Assembly (NCBI GenBank): GCA_047495785.1
Contig: JBLDXI010000009.1
Location: 1,736,001 to 1,800,000 of the forward strand
Length of the DNA: 64,000 nt
DNA from: Lepidodermella squamata
Taxonomy: Eukaryota > Animalia > Gastrotricha
Direction: 5' to 3'
The position numbers were made by a program, and so were the translations under genes. Under the pieces are notes generated by a model. It was not told where the DNA came from. It did no database searches and saw only the letters and a list, made by a program, of their open reading frames with translations. Of the stretch, positions 1 through 11,431 are shown piece after piece (the stretch's first letter is position 1; every line of letters begins with the position of its first letter).

Positions 1-661
1 GCTGATAGTACAATATTACTGTAGCAATCGTTGCCGATTTCACTGTATTCAAGAAAGACAAGCATTTGTCTATTGAGTCGTAAGTTGTCGAGCTATACTG
101 TTCAATTGAAAGCAGGCAAGGCAAAAAGGTATATCGAATTGGCGGGTCTTCAGAAACTGGGGTAACCTGAGCGGCGAAGCGCAAAGCTTCCGAACAGCCA
201 GGAACAGCTGGTGTACACGTTAAGGAGTCATTGCCGTAGATACAAATTGCGTAGCGCTGCAAAATCTCCACGGTTCATCAAGCTGAAAAGCCATGAGAAA
301 AATACCTGGGTAAACTTCTGGCATACAGTTTGATCAGAGAATTTGTCAGAGATCTGAAAAGGCGAAAGGCTTTCTAATTAGCTAGCTATTCAATTTTCAA
401 AATATTACAGCAGTCTCGCCTGATTGGCAGCTATCCGGTCGGCAAGTTCCAACTCCGTTAGCGTAGCACTGTACGAACTTGTCATAATTTTCGTTTTGAG
501 AACTAGTTTATTGGAGAGTCATAGATATTCACCATACGACGAATTACTGGCGCTGTATTTGCGTCGAAAGATGGGCCACTCGGGGAGCATGCCTCCACAA
601 TCGGCCAGATCAAGTAACCGTATATTGCCAGAAGTAGAATATCGATTATCCAAAAATGCAT
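1..661 (-). CDS. Secreted Cys-rich protein of unknown family, 3' end runs off the window (missed by ORF track)
   Basis: Exons 661-533, 477-409, 353-306 and 256-1 are joined by phase-0 GT-AG introns of 55, 55 and 49 nt. Product: MHFWIIDILLLAIYGYLIWPIVEA-CSPSGPS...FVQCYANGVGTCRPDSCQSGETAISDKFSDQTVCQKFTQRYAICIYGND... It has a signal-peptide-like N-terminus, and an AAG acceptor lies 5 nt before the ATG. Confidence 0.7.
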
Positions 662-1348
662 TTCAACTTTTATAACGATAATATCGAGAGTATATAATCA
701 GCGTTATACCCGTTATACACAATGGCGATACATCAGTGAAACAATTGAAATTTCAATCTCGTTCTGGCTGCTCTACAACGGCAAGAAACTCGTGTAACAG
801 CAATTTGAGAAATGCGCCATTCTATAGAAGTTTTATTCTCTTTCCGTTACTACGCACTAGCAATACTATGACGCTCTCGTATGCAGTAGTTACAAAATAA
901 GATTCCCGAAGTCGCTGCACGAGGATGCGTAATAAAGTTAATACTAAAATATGAATTCACATCCGGCTTCCCTTCTAATTTTGACCGCCTTTTATACATT
1001 AGCAACAGATGCAGAAATTAACTTATCACCTCAATATTCTTCACTTTTAGGCACCTTAAGGAAATATCTAATTTAATCCGCCGAATTTCTGATTCGTTGC
1101 AGCTGACTGTCAGAATGCTTTGCGAACGAATTGATGTCGTAACAAATTAACCCAGAAAAGACAACTGGATCTTGTGCATGGTTTCCAATTATTATAGAAA
1201 AAAACTGGAAAATAACATTATCAATGAATGCTGATAATTTTGCGGACGCGTGGCGAATGCACAAAAAACCATCCATCATCCAATTTTTGTGATAAGAAAA
1301 CGCTCTATTTTTACCACATTTTAGTCAGATATAAAAGTCGAATAACTG

Positions 1349-2875
1349 ATGGCCTCGCAAGGTATCTTGTACGATGACCCTGCAGCAGTCTACAAGAGTG
1401 TTCAAGACTATTACGGCCGGGTTCTCAGTAAGACATCTGACTTGAAGACACCTGCTTGCTGCACGGCGGGTCGGCCTCCGCAACACATTCAAGACATCCT
1501 GTCGAAAATCCCACGTGAAATCACTGACAAATATTATGGCTGCGGCACTCCACTGCCAGTCGGCATCGAAGGCCTTAAAGTGCTTGATTTAGGTCTGTAT
1601 TCTCTTGGCCTGATTCTTTGAAACTTTATTAACTATTAACAGGTAGTGGGAGTGGTCGCGACTGCTATTTGGCAGCTGCTTTGGTTGGACCAAACGGCCA
1701 TGTTACGGGTGTTGACATGACCCCAGAGCAAGTCAGCGTTTCAAAAGCTCATATCGATGAGTACAGCAAATCACTGGGCTATTCCAAGCCTAATCTCACC
1801 TTTGTTGAGGGCTACATTGAGTTCCTAGAGAAAGCTGGCATTCAGCCAGGTACTTGGACATGATTTTAGTAGCCCGACTATTAGTTCGTTGATAGGTTCG
1901 ATCGACCTTGTCATTTCCAACTGTGTCATCAACTTGTCACCCGACAAGAGGCGTGTTCTTCACGAAGTCTACAAAGCCCTACGTCCCGGCGGCGAATTCT
2001 ACTTCTCGGACGTTTACTGCAGCCGACGTTTGCCGAAATCTGTACGCGAACATGATGTTCTGTTAGGCGAATGCCTCGGCGGTGCGTTGTACACTGAAGA
2101 CTTCAAACGATTATGCCGTGAGGTTGGCTTCATTGACCCGCGTCAGGTCTCGTCACGGCCGATTGCGGTGACTCATCCGGAGTTGAAGCTTCTGCTGGGC
2201 GAGGCTAAATTCTACAGCATCACATGGCGATGCTTCAAGCTGCCCAACCTGGAGACTTTGTGCGAAGATTACGGACAGGTAATCAAATGATCATTCTAAC
2301 TTTGACATGTCAAAATGGGGTGACTACAAAAATCAAAGGTGAAATGACCACATGAGTAGGGTACCCTTGACCCTTGAATAGCCTGAAGGAAGGCCAATCT
2401 GAACGGCTTCCGGATTCCGTTTAGCAGTGACCGAATTTTTGCCGAAAATAGAGATTTTCCAAAATTCTCCCATAGCTTTACGTGTTATTTCATGTCCTAA
2501 AATGGCCTTTTCTCCAGCTATCAAGCCCACTCATAGGATCTTTACCTTATCCTCAATTTTTAATACCCAAGCCATCCCATTTGACGGTATAACTCTGATC
2601 TCTTGATTTATCACTATTTTGATCGTTTATTCAAGCTGGCAATTTATCGAGGCAACATTAAGGAGGAGCCGAATGCCTATCAGCTAGATGATCATCACCG
2701 CTTCGAGCGCAATTTGCCTGTACGTGTGTGCGGCAACACTGCTGCAATGTTGGGCGACAGCTGGTTGGGCGGCTACTTTCAAATTATTGGCAATCGAGAT
2801 GTTCACTACGGCCTGTTCGATTGCAGCACATCATCTGACAATCAAAATAGCAACGGCTCTGGATCTTGCTGTTAG
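1349..2875 (+). CDS. AS3MT: Arsenite methyltransferase (SAM-dependent)
   Basis: Exons 1349-1592, 1643-1849, 1896-2278 and 2636-2875. Motifs: VQDYYGRVL, LKTPACC, YYGCG, SAM motif I VLDLGSGSGRDCY, SNCVINLSPDK, GECLGGALY and CEDYGQ. All four conserved AS3MT cysteine positions are present. Confidence 0.95.
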
Positions 2876-3007
2876 AATTTTGAGGAGGAAAAATAATCAT
2901 TTATTTTCAAATAAAATAAAGAGCGGGAAAAAACTTGTTTTATTTCAATCAAAGGACAAGCATGAGAAGACTCAAAATGAAAGATTTTTCAGCGATTAGA
3001 ACACAGG

Positions 3008-6000
3008 TTAATCAAGAAAAAGCTTGAGCAATAAAATGCTGTCAAGTTCGGCATCAACAACTGCCACAACCGAAATGTCTGGCAACTCCGCGCAAGAATT
3101 TTCATGTAAAGCCGCAATAGCTATGGGGCTAATATCAAAAACCGGTGTCTTCTTCCCACCAACAGTTTTGAACTCCCAGCTGATATAATCCTCCGCGCTA
3201 TACACACTGAAGCACATCTGAAAAAATCTCGAAATTCAATATTGCTCCTCCTTAATGATTTTTTGACTAAAACTTACAGCAACGCGGCGTTCCTTTAGAT
3301 CAGCAAAGTAAATGAAACCAGAATCCGAGTCAGCCACGCCTGAATTCATGTTATGCGAGAAATTCTCCGCGTTTATTCCGTTGGCGAAATCGTTGTTAGA
3401 GAAATACAAATCGTCGCTGCCGTCTTCAACTGGTACGCCATCCAGCTGCTTTTTAAAGCAAATCCGCCCATCATCACGTGATACAAGCAGCCCGCCAGAT
3501 TCAACATCGACCGCGAGAAGTCTACTGCTTTCGGAAAAATCGAATTTGAACCTGACCGCGCCGGTTTCTGTGCTGAAAGCGTGCAGAGTTTCACGCTGGA
3601 TCGAGTAAAGCTCTTTCCGCTTTCGATCAATGACCAAACCGCGGAAGCCGGTAAAACTTCGGGCTAAAACTTTCGAGTTGTTGAGAAGTCGACGGGTTTT
3701 GCATTTCAAATTATCGAGTGTACCCCAGGGTATTGGTGTCGAAATGATGCGATGTTGATCTGCGTCTAGCATGTAGAAATTCATCTCATCGGCAGCCATT
3801 TCGCCATTGGTAAGGAATCGACTGGTTGATTCAGCTGAATCTGGGTCGTGGATACCCAAAACGCATACGACGCTCAGCTTTTCAGCTCGAGCACAAAATA
3901 CCTAAAAAATTGAAAATAATTTAATCAGAATTACAATTTGCCAAAATTACCGTGAAAAAACCCCGGTCATCCGCTGTCATAAAATAGTCCGAGCCAGGTA
4001 GAGAGATCATACCGAGAACTTGTTTAATATTGCAATCGCTCAACTTGATCGAGCTCAAAAGCGTCATATCGTGAGGCGAATCGTTGACCACGGCGTCTTT
4101 TTCTTCTGCATCGAGTTCTACGCCGCGACTGGGTTCAGGTTTCGCATCAGGTTTTGGAGAACTTTTCGCGCATATCAGCCGATCGCCTTCGACATGCACC
4201 CAGCCGATGTCGACTTTATCGACAAAGCTTTTGATCGATTTGTCTAGGTCGCTTTCGTCTGGTGTGAAGACGATTTTGTCACCCCGCCGATTACGGTTTA
4301 GCTCATTCAAAATCGTCAGCTAAAACAAAATCAAAGAAATATATATGAACATTATTCATTACGCCAGGCGTTTTAGATATTTTGATCGGAGGGTATTTTA
4401 ATACCCTGAGAATGTTTATCAAAATGAAACTAATCAAGCTGGATGAAAAATCCGAAGAAATTATGTTTTGAGGGTCGAATTCCCAATTCCTATATTATTA
4501 GGATCCAAATGATTTTGGATCCGGGTTTCGGATCCAGTTTTGGGTCCAAGAAATTTAACGGTTATGCGACAAGTTAGCCCAAGACAAGATAGCCCAGGCA
4601 AAATTGACCGAACTGGCTATCCCGGCGAAATTTAAAATCGGCAACGAATATACGTTCAATTGGCCTAAGACTGGGAAGCGACTCGGGATGCAGAAACGGC
4701 TAATAAAAGGCGGAAATTTTTACAGCGACAGAAGTACGGTGCTGTGGAACATTCACAAGCACCTGTGCCCGTATCTCGTAACGGTAAATGCATGTCACTT
4801 TCGAATTTGCCAGCGGCCCTTACGAGGAAGCGCTAAGTCTTAAGACGAAGAAACCATCGCAGCGCAGAGACGGATTCGTTAAAGCACAGATCGAAGAGTT
4901 GCCTCTGTCGTGATAACACTTATTATCGTTGCATTACCTGCGTTAGCAATAAGAACCCTGCCATTCGCAACGGCACATGTGCTTTCGATTATCACAATTT
5001 AGTTCGATCACTAAAATGATTATAGTCAAGGAAATTGCATGGAAGTTCGGCACACTGATGTTGGACGGATGGACTACTACAGCACATGGCGGAATTGAAA
5101 ATGAATGTTACACCTATGCCGAGATCTTTTAAGACATTGAAGAAAACGGCGCTGCGCTGACTCTGATTTCATGTATTTTTATGCAGGAGACGTCCCTCCG
5201 CGATCTCAAATCCACGTTGGCTCAGCCGGTTGGGCTGTGCTGTGACAATGAAGCCAAAATGGTACGTATGCGAGAATTGAGCGCTTCAGATACAGCGAGT
5301 CTTTGGTATGGCTATGTACGGTTGCTCTGCTCATCTTTTCGATCTGCTTCTTGAAAAAATCTCCGAATTGCCCACGTGGGCTGGTCTTCTTTCTAACGTC
5401 GATTTGATGGATAAAGCTTTGCAAACGAAGCTGGACAGTTAAGCTAAAGAACCGATTGAAACGGCTAGGTACTACCTCAAAAGCTCACATTAAACATAAA
5501 ACATATCTCACATAGGTTGGAAAATTGCAACTTGTTAAACGATGATGTGTTGCGTTACGGCAAATTATTATGCATCAACCAATTCTCGCCTCCTTCCTTC
5601 TCCGTTGTTCCGTTATTCCGATCGTCATCGTTTCGTTGCCTCAGGACGAGACGATGATGCGAAAACAGGTGCATTTGCACCTTAATCAGCAATTTAATCA
5701 GAATGTCATCACTCCCGTTGAGCGTCGAGCCCGAGGTATGCAATTTTTTTAAATTGTACTAAAAAACTCGCTAATGTGTTATCGTGGGAAGGTTCCCCAC
5801 TCAGCTACCACACCAGCGATTCCAGCTTAGATTATTTCGATATTGTCGAACGACGCGGGATTGGCGAGGTCGTAAAAGATCGCGAACTAGACCGTTTACG
5901 AAAGAAATATTCGAAATCAGACTGATTTTAACCGAAATTACGTCTTCCTCAGATGCCTACTACTAAGTGCCGTTATAAAGTGCAAATTTAATGTCATTCT

Positions 6001-9000
6001 GATTGTTATTTCTTCTATCAGTCCGACTTCATCGGTTCTGTCGAGCTGAATAAGGCTCAAAAAGCAGTTATCAAGAATCTCATTCAAGGCGAGGTCACGT
6101 CAAAACAGAATCCGTTCTCATTCACTAAGCGAGTTTTTATGTGGTGGTTTGGCGCTACAAGGTTAGCTCACCGTGAGGTAACCGCCGTTCGACTGGGCCA
6201 AAAAGACTCGCCTGTTGTCGATCGTTTGGCATTTTTAATCAAAGATAAAGTTGAAGCGCCGGTAATTGGCAATTCGCTGAGCATTATAATAGCTAAATAG
6301 CTGTCTGTTATATATAGGATAACATAGGATCCGGCGAGCTATGTCCAAAGATTCTCGGCGGCCGTGGACAAGATGAGGTCAACCGAGGCCTTATCCACGG
6401 TGCCGGACTCCTTTATAGTCTTATTGTTTTTGGTCTTCCTGCCCGATCAATACTCTAATTTTCGATCAATTCAGACGGACAAAGGTGAGATAAGACTAGC
6501 AGACGTCCTGTCCAGCTTCAAGCTGGAGGCGGCTAGATCGGCTTTGATTGATGGACAGAAGACAGCGTCATCCGCAGTGGCTTTCGCCGCGGCACAGAAG
6601 AGCCAAGGGAAAAGCCAGCATGGAAAGAAATGTGGTTTCTGCGTGAAATACGGCCAACCGGCAGATCACAACGAGAAGGAGTGCCGGAAACTGGCGAAAC
6701 GGAAAGAGATCGTCTGCCGCTCCTGCGGGAAGAAGGGACACTACGCTTTCGAATGCAAGAACGATGGCAGTTACTTCACTAGTAATCATCACGCTCAACT
6801 CTCGTTACAGAATTTGGTTATGACAGTGGTAGGCCTGGTGCTTATTTTTCTCGGCCCATTAATCGCAATGGATGGCTATTTTACTCTTTCGGGGGCTGTC
6901 TGGGCCTAATTACTTCCGTCTTACCATTTTTGTTCATCATTTGGAAATGTTCCTCTTCACTGTTGACAAAATCACCTGCGTCTGCACCTTATTTGGCAGT
7001 TCAATGTTCACGCAAATTTTTACAAAAATCTTCGTAGATACGTCCATCAGTTTTCACGTTTTGTTGCTGTTCGTTCTCTCTTTCACCACACTTTCACCAG
7101 CAAAGATCACCAACTCATGAACAAAATCGACAATTACACAAGTGATATATTATCTGGTCGTATTTCCGCTGATTTCAGATATCTTTGCCAAGCTACAAGC
7201 ATTCTAGCCACAAGCAGTAATCCTGAAATTTCTGTTGTGAAATCGATTTTTAACACTTATTACAACAATCGCTCGACCTTCATGCGGAAATTTGCGTAAT
7301 GCGTGATGTCGAAAACCATCAAGTCGGTAGTTGAGTCAATCGGTTCTATCATCCGATTCCACCCTGATTCGCATCATGTAGGACCTTCCGGACCTTCCGG
7401 AGACATGAGAGCCCTATCTGAAGGGGTGGGCATCCACTGAAATGGACCCCAAATTGTAAATTCCGACGGCTTGGTGGAAGCGGCTCTCAATATGAGGTTC
7501 AATGGCCCATAGTGGAATATCACCAATTTCGATGAAAGGGCAAAATATCAGGAGGATTCGTAACAGCGGATAAACATTATAACGACGGCAAGGTTGGCCT
7601 TGACCACTATCCTAATATCCTTTCCGTTCCTGTTCTATCCTATCCTAAGTCATGAGTCATAAGTCCAATCCTAACCCTAAGCCCTAAGCCTTAAGTCATA
7701 AGGCCCAAGTCTTATGTCCTATCCTAGTAAGGAAATAATCGAATTATTATATATTAAGGTGGATACCACTAGGATCCTTACTAGAGATTCCCACTGTCCT
7801 TAGAGACTGCAAGGAATAACGCGAGTCCTACATCCCTTGGTCGTAGTGGGGGGAAAAATTAAAAAGAAGTTGAGAATGACCTTGACATCAAAATTATAAT
7901 TTTTCAAGGTTGATACCACTATCCTCCGTTCCAATCCTAGGCTGTTTCAAGTCCCAAATCCTATATCCTATCCTTAGATGTAAATATATAAGAATGGAAC
8001 ATAAACAAAAAAGAATATAACACGTCCTTGAATTCTGTTTGTCAGGTTAGGTATAAAGCTGGGTGAAAACAACCGTCTCTCGATGAAAACCTGGTGGTCA
8101 ATATCGACCAATCGAATACCAATCGAAGAAAATAAGTCGCCGCGGATGACAACTCACGACGAATCAGAAACGAATCGGGAACGAAACAGGATACAAATAA
8201 CAAATACTGGAACGAGACAAATCATGACTCAATTTTTTATTCATCTCAGAGTTTAAAAGTTAAGCGACAGCAATTTATTGCATAAAATGAAATGCAAGGC
8301 GCTACCTTAAAATATCAAAAAATATAGCTGCTATAGCGAGCTGTTCGTTTTCAAGGAAAATTCGCACTTCGAAAAGCAACACTCGCAGGCGAGATCAGAG
8401 TCAGATGTAATGGGTTCGAAGATTAGCGGCTGATGACTTGAAGCAGCTGAGGCGCAATTGCAATGGCGCAATTGCAATCGAGGGCATCGAATTCGAAATT
8501 GTTTGAATTATAAATGTTAGTGTAGTGTGTAGTGTTCGAGATTAGCCAATAAAATTATCGACAGTATTCGAACCGCCGACTTCGGTTTTTTCGCGGAAAC
8601 ATATGACTCGATGGTCGGCGGCGGGGTGTCAAGTCGCGACATGGGACGCGAAGGAGGAGCAGCATCGAACGGGCAAGATTCAAGGCTTGAAAAAACAACC
8701 GCGGTTCGACTTTATCGAGCGTCGAAATCGCAGCACACGAACAGTGGAATTGCGAGGCCGAGACACGCGTTTTAGCTTATAGGTAGTAGACTTCGACGGA
8801 ATGATGTTAAAGTTGAATGAAAACTTCAAATGAAAAACGATAGTATAACTTATTGCGCAAGAAACGACTAACGCATACGAGCAGTAATACGAGTCCTTAT
8901 ATAGGACGGGCTGACAAAGTACTATTACTCCAAGCTAATACCACTGGACTCGACACGCACTAAAGCTAATAAGGACTCAAGTACTAGGTGCGCGCGTGGA

Positions 9001-11193
9001 CACTCATGCAGCTTGGAGGAATAGACAATGTTTAGGCGTGTAGGCCGCAACAGGGCGGATGCGGGCACCCACGTGTTGCGCCACTCGCACTCAAGCGATC
9101 GCCTGCATGCTGTGAGGCCAACAATACACCCATCACTTGCTTGGAGGAATAGACAAGATAGGAAGATGAAAATTTCGATGAAAAAAAACGCCAAAATTTC
9201 GATTAAACGAAAATGGACGAGAGTGTAACGATTGGCCACAGCTGACGCCGAATTTCGGAACACTGCTCATGCACGAGTTTCCTATTTTTTCTCACTTATT
9301 TATCTATGGTCCAGTGGTATTATTCACAAGAATATTGTGCGCGCCTAATCCTTGACTCCAAGCCAATCCGTGCTAATCCCACCCAGAAACATGTCAATAG
9401 GTAGATACACACCGCTGCCTTTAAGCTTCCGCCAGTTGCTGTCTAAACAACAGAGGCGTGTCAAAGCCGCCGCGGGGGCGATAGAGCCCCTTCGCTTCAT
9501 GATACATCCGCCAAAACATCCGCCAAAATTAGGATGCTCCTTTTATTTGAGAATAATCTCGTTGGTGTTCAGCGTATGAAGACGAATTTCATAACATAAG
9601 ATTGAAAAAAACGCGAATAACTATGAGGTGATTTTCGCATGATATTTAGCCGCCGCGTCTAAGACTTTCCTTGTGACAAATACCACAAGAGAAGTATTAG
9701 TCACAAGAGAATTTCGTGTTACAATAAGAGAAAATAGCCCGTTTCTCATATTTTGACGACCGAAAATAAGATGAATCGGGTTTTTTCACTGTTAAATGCC
9801 TGCGTTACCTTGCCATTGAAAAAAAAATTCCGCAAGATTTAGGCTTAAAGAAAGCTCAAGCTATGGAATTTACATTTATTAAAAATGAATAACCCAAAAG
9901 TCACTGAAAAATTTGCGATAAATGAATGAACAGTCATTTGAACGGAAATAACGAAATTAGTCTTACTACTGTAATAAACGATAATTTCGAGTTGCGACAT
10001 TCGCTTACTTTATTGCTACGGTACTCAAGTATTGCGACGTAACACAGATTTTTGCGACACCCGCTCGGATTTTACGTGCGTACCGCATGTCACTCAAAAT
10101 TGCGACACTCACTCAGGTTTTTGCGACGCTCGCCACTTTACTCTTAGATAAAAAGCTTGTAGGAGCTTCAACTATGTAAAAATACCAAAATTATTTGCGA
10201 AGTCGAAAATTAGTTGCGCAATATGAGACAAGTTATCGGCGTAAAAATTACCTCGTTTTCGCGCTGCAATGAATCATAAACAAGGCCAGCTATATCATCG
10301 AGTTTGCAATCCAAAACTGATTTTTTCAACAATTGGTCGATTTTATCCATGACGATGTGTCCACTGCGGCCAGCTTCAATAGCCCTGTTGACGGTATTCA
10401 ACTGCTCCGAGCGAAATGAATCAGCCTCGGCGATAATCAGCTGCGCTTTTTCGTTTAAAGCAACGCGAACCTTAGCTACCAATGAGTCGACCACAGAATT
10501 GATGGAATTCGTCGCATCTTGAAATTGACTATTCAAGTCCTTGGCGATATCTGAGTAAAGATTGTTCAGATCGGCACTAGATACCGAACCTTCTTCATCC
10601 TCGGTCCATTTTTCGCGCAAACGCTTCAATTTTAGCTTCAGCTTTTCGGCATGCACGAATCGGCAAGCTTCGCAAAATGACTGATCGCAATGCGGGCATT
10701 TTTCTTTCTCGGTCACCGGAAATAAATAGTGAGCGCATTTCGGTAAATCCTTGTCTTCATTTTCATTACGGCCGAAAGATCGCTTTACTGAATCGCCAGC
10801 TTCGGCTTTTTTCTCCTGAGCTTCGACAAGATCGACTATTTGCCGGATGACGTCATTGACCGGAAAATCTGAAAATAACAAATCCACCTCAATATTCCAC
10901 ACTTTTATTTTCCTTTGAGATGAAATAAAATGGGTGAAAAAGTACTCACTAAAATTTTTAGGTATGACGTTGACAACGCGACAGGTGGGACATTTGAAAT
11001 CACAAGTATTCGGCGTGACCGGCTTCAAATCCTGCATGCATTTCCTGCACAAAGTATGTGAGCAGGACGGAAAGTTGGTCGGCTCGCGAAAGTAGGACAA
11101 GCAAACTGGGCAAGTTATTGTCAACAGGAAATTATCGACCGACTTTTCATCTTTCGACTTCTGCGCGCGCAGGTTTCCACACCCCGTAGCCAT
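3008..11193 (-). CDS. TRIM-family E3 ligase: RING, B-box-like, coiled coil and C-terminal NHL-like beta-propeller
   Basis: RING: CPVC...CSHTLCRKC...CPTC. B-box-like: CAHY...CPHCDQSFCEACRFVH. A coiled coil follows. A phase-0 intron 10251-4320 (5932 nt) joins ENE to LTILNELNRNRRGDKIVFTPD. Further exons at 4319-3951, 3901-3278 and 3217-3008 carry propeller-type motifs (LAVDVESGGLLV, GFIYFAD). Confidence 0.8.
4560..5430 (+). mobile_element. Degenerate hAT-superfamily transposase remnant inside the TRIM intron
   Basis: Frameshifted fragments carry hAT catalytic-region motifs: TLMLDGWTT (~5052-5078), GLCCDNEAKM (~5232-5261) and YGCSAHLFDLLLEKI, the CxxH motif (~5317-5361). Confidence 0.75.
6021..6770 (+). 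mobile_element. Ty1/copia-like gag fragment with two zinc knuckles
   Basis: Capsid-like segment YVQRFSAAVDKM...FLVFLPDQYSNF is followed by CGFC-x8-H-x4-C and a canonical CRSCGKKGHYAFEC (CX2CX4HX4C). No pol ORF or LTRs were seen. Confidence 0.7.
6910..7563 (+). pseudogene. Stop-interrupted C-terminal fragment of a DNA transposase (hAT-like dimerisation region)
   Basis: One frame with several stops reads KSVVESIGSII...IH*NGPQIVNSDGLVEAAL. This resembles the (E)SVVES...IHWNGP ends of invertebrate hAT-like transposases (recalled similarity). Confidence 0.45.
7601..7975. repeat. Degenerate tandem/dispersed repeat with telomere-like CCTAA(G/C) units, probably transposon subterminal DNA
   Basis: cctaaccctaagccctaagccttaagtcataag at ~7670-7702. 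An (ga)taccacta...cc motif recurs at ~7601, ~7761 and ~7911. The runs aagtc...tcctatcct recur at 7707-7725 and 7949-7974. Confidence 0.55.
8922..9156. repeat. Inverted plus direct repeat cassette
   Basis: ctattactccaagct (8922-8936) pairs with agcttggaggaatag (9010-9024) with one mismatch. gcttggaggaatagacaa occurs exactly at 9011-9028 and 9139-9156. Confidence 0.7.
9991..10135. repeat. Degenerate ~20-nt minisatellite (ttgcgac core)
   Basis: ttgcgac-like cores at ~9992, 10012, 10032, 10052, 10100 and 10121. Confidence 0.6.
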
Positions 11194-11215
11194 TTCTATT
11201 TTTTCGAAAGAATAT

Positions 11216-11266
11216 CTACAAATCAACGATGATGGAAATTAACAAAACCAAAATAATGAGTTTATT
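11216..11266 (-). promoter_or_regulatory. Putative intercistronic element: B3GLCT poly(A) signal and acceptor for the TRIM gene
   Basis: AATAAA at 11266-11261, a 42-nt U-rich spacer, TAG at 11218-11216, then the ATG 22 nt downstream. Confidence 0.65.
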
Positions 11267-11431
11267 GCATCTTGTCTATCACAAAATAAATATCATGTAA
11301 AATCAATAATGAAAGATCCAAAACAGAGCAGGCACATCAGCAGCTAAAAAATGGCTACGAGATCATCTCAAACACATAGTCTCAACAAGATTTCAAATAA
11401 TTGGCAGTTGTTCGATTGATTCAGATGCCGT

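Noticed and set aside
409-821. Minus-strand frame of ~135 codons interrupted only by three TGA codons, suggesting UGA=Trp/Sec recoding or A-to-I repair
   Set aside because: A better model in other frames (signal peptide, phase-0 introns of modal size) explains the region without recoding. TGA is also the normal stop of LSM11, GCNA, ZnT1, Ago and others here.
1349-2875. Horizontally acquired arsM or selenocysteine-containing AS3MT
   Set aside because: It has three spliceosomal introns, animal-type AS3MT motifs and no in-frame TGA. It ends CC-TAG.
3008-4310. Stand-alone beta-propeller gene
   Set aside because: It has no start context of its own and splices in frame to the RING/B-box exon at 10252.
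7665-7702. True telomere or chromosome fusion scar
   Set aside because: Only about three degenerate units inside TE-derived DNA.
8922-10135. CRISPR-like repeat-spacer arrangement
   Set aside because: Only two exact copies or degenerate minisatellite units, in a eukaryotic intron with no cas genes.
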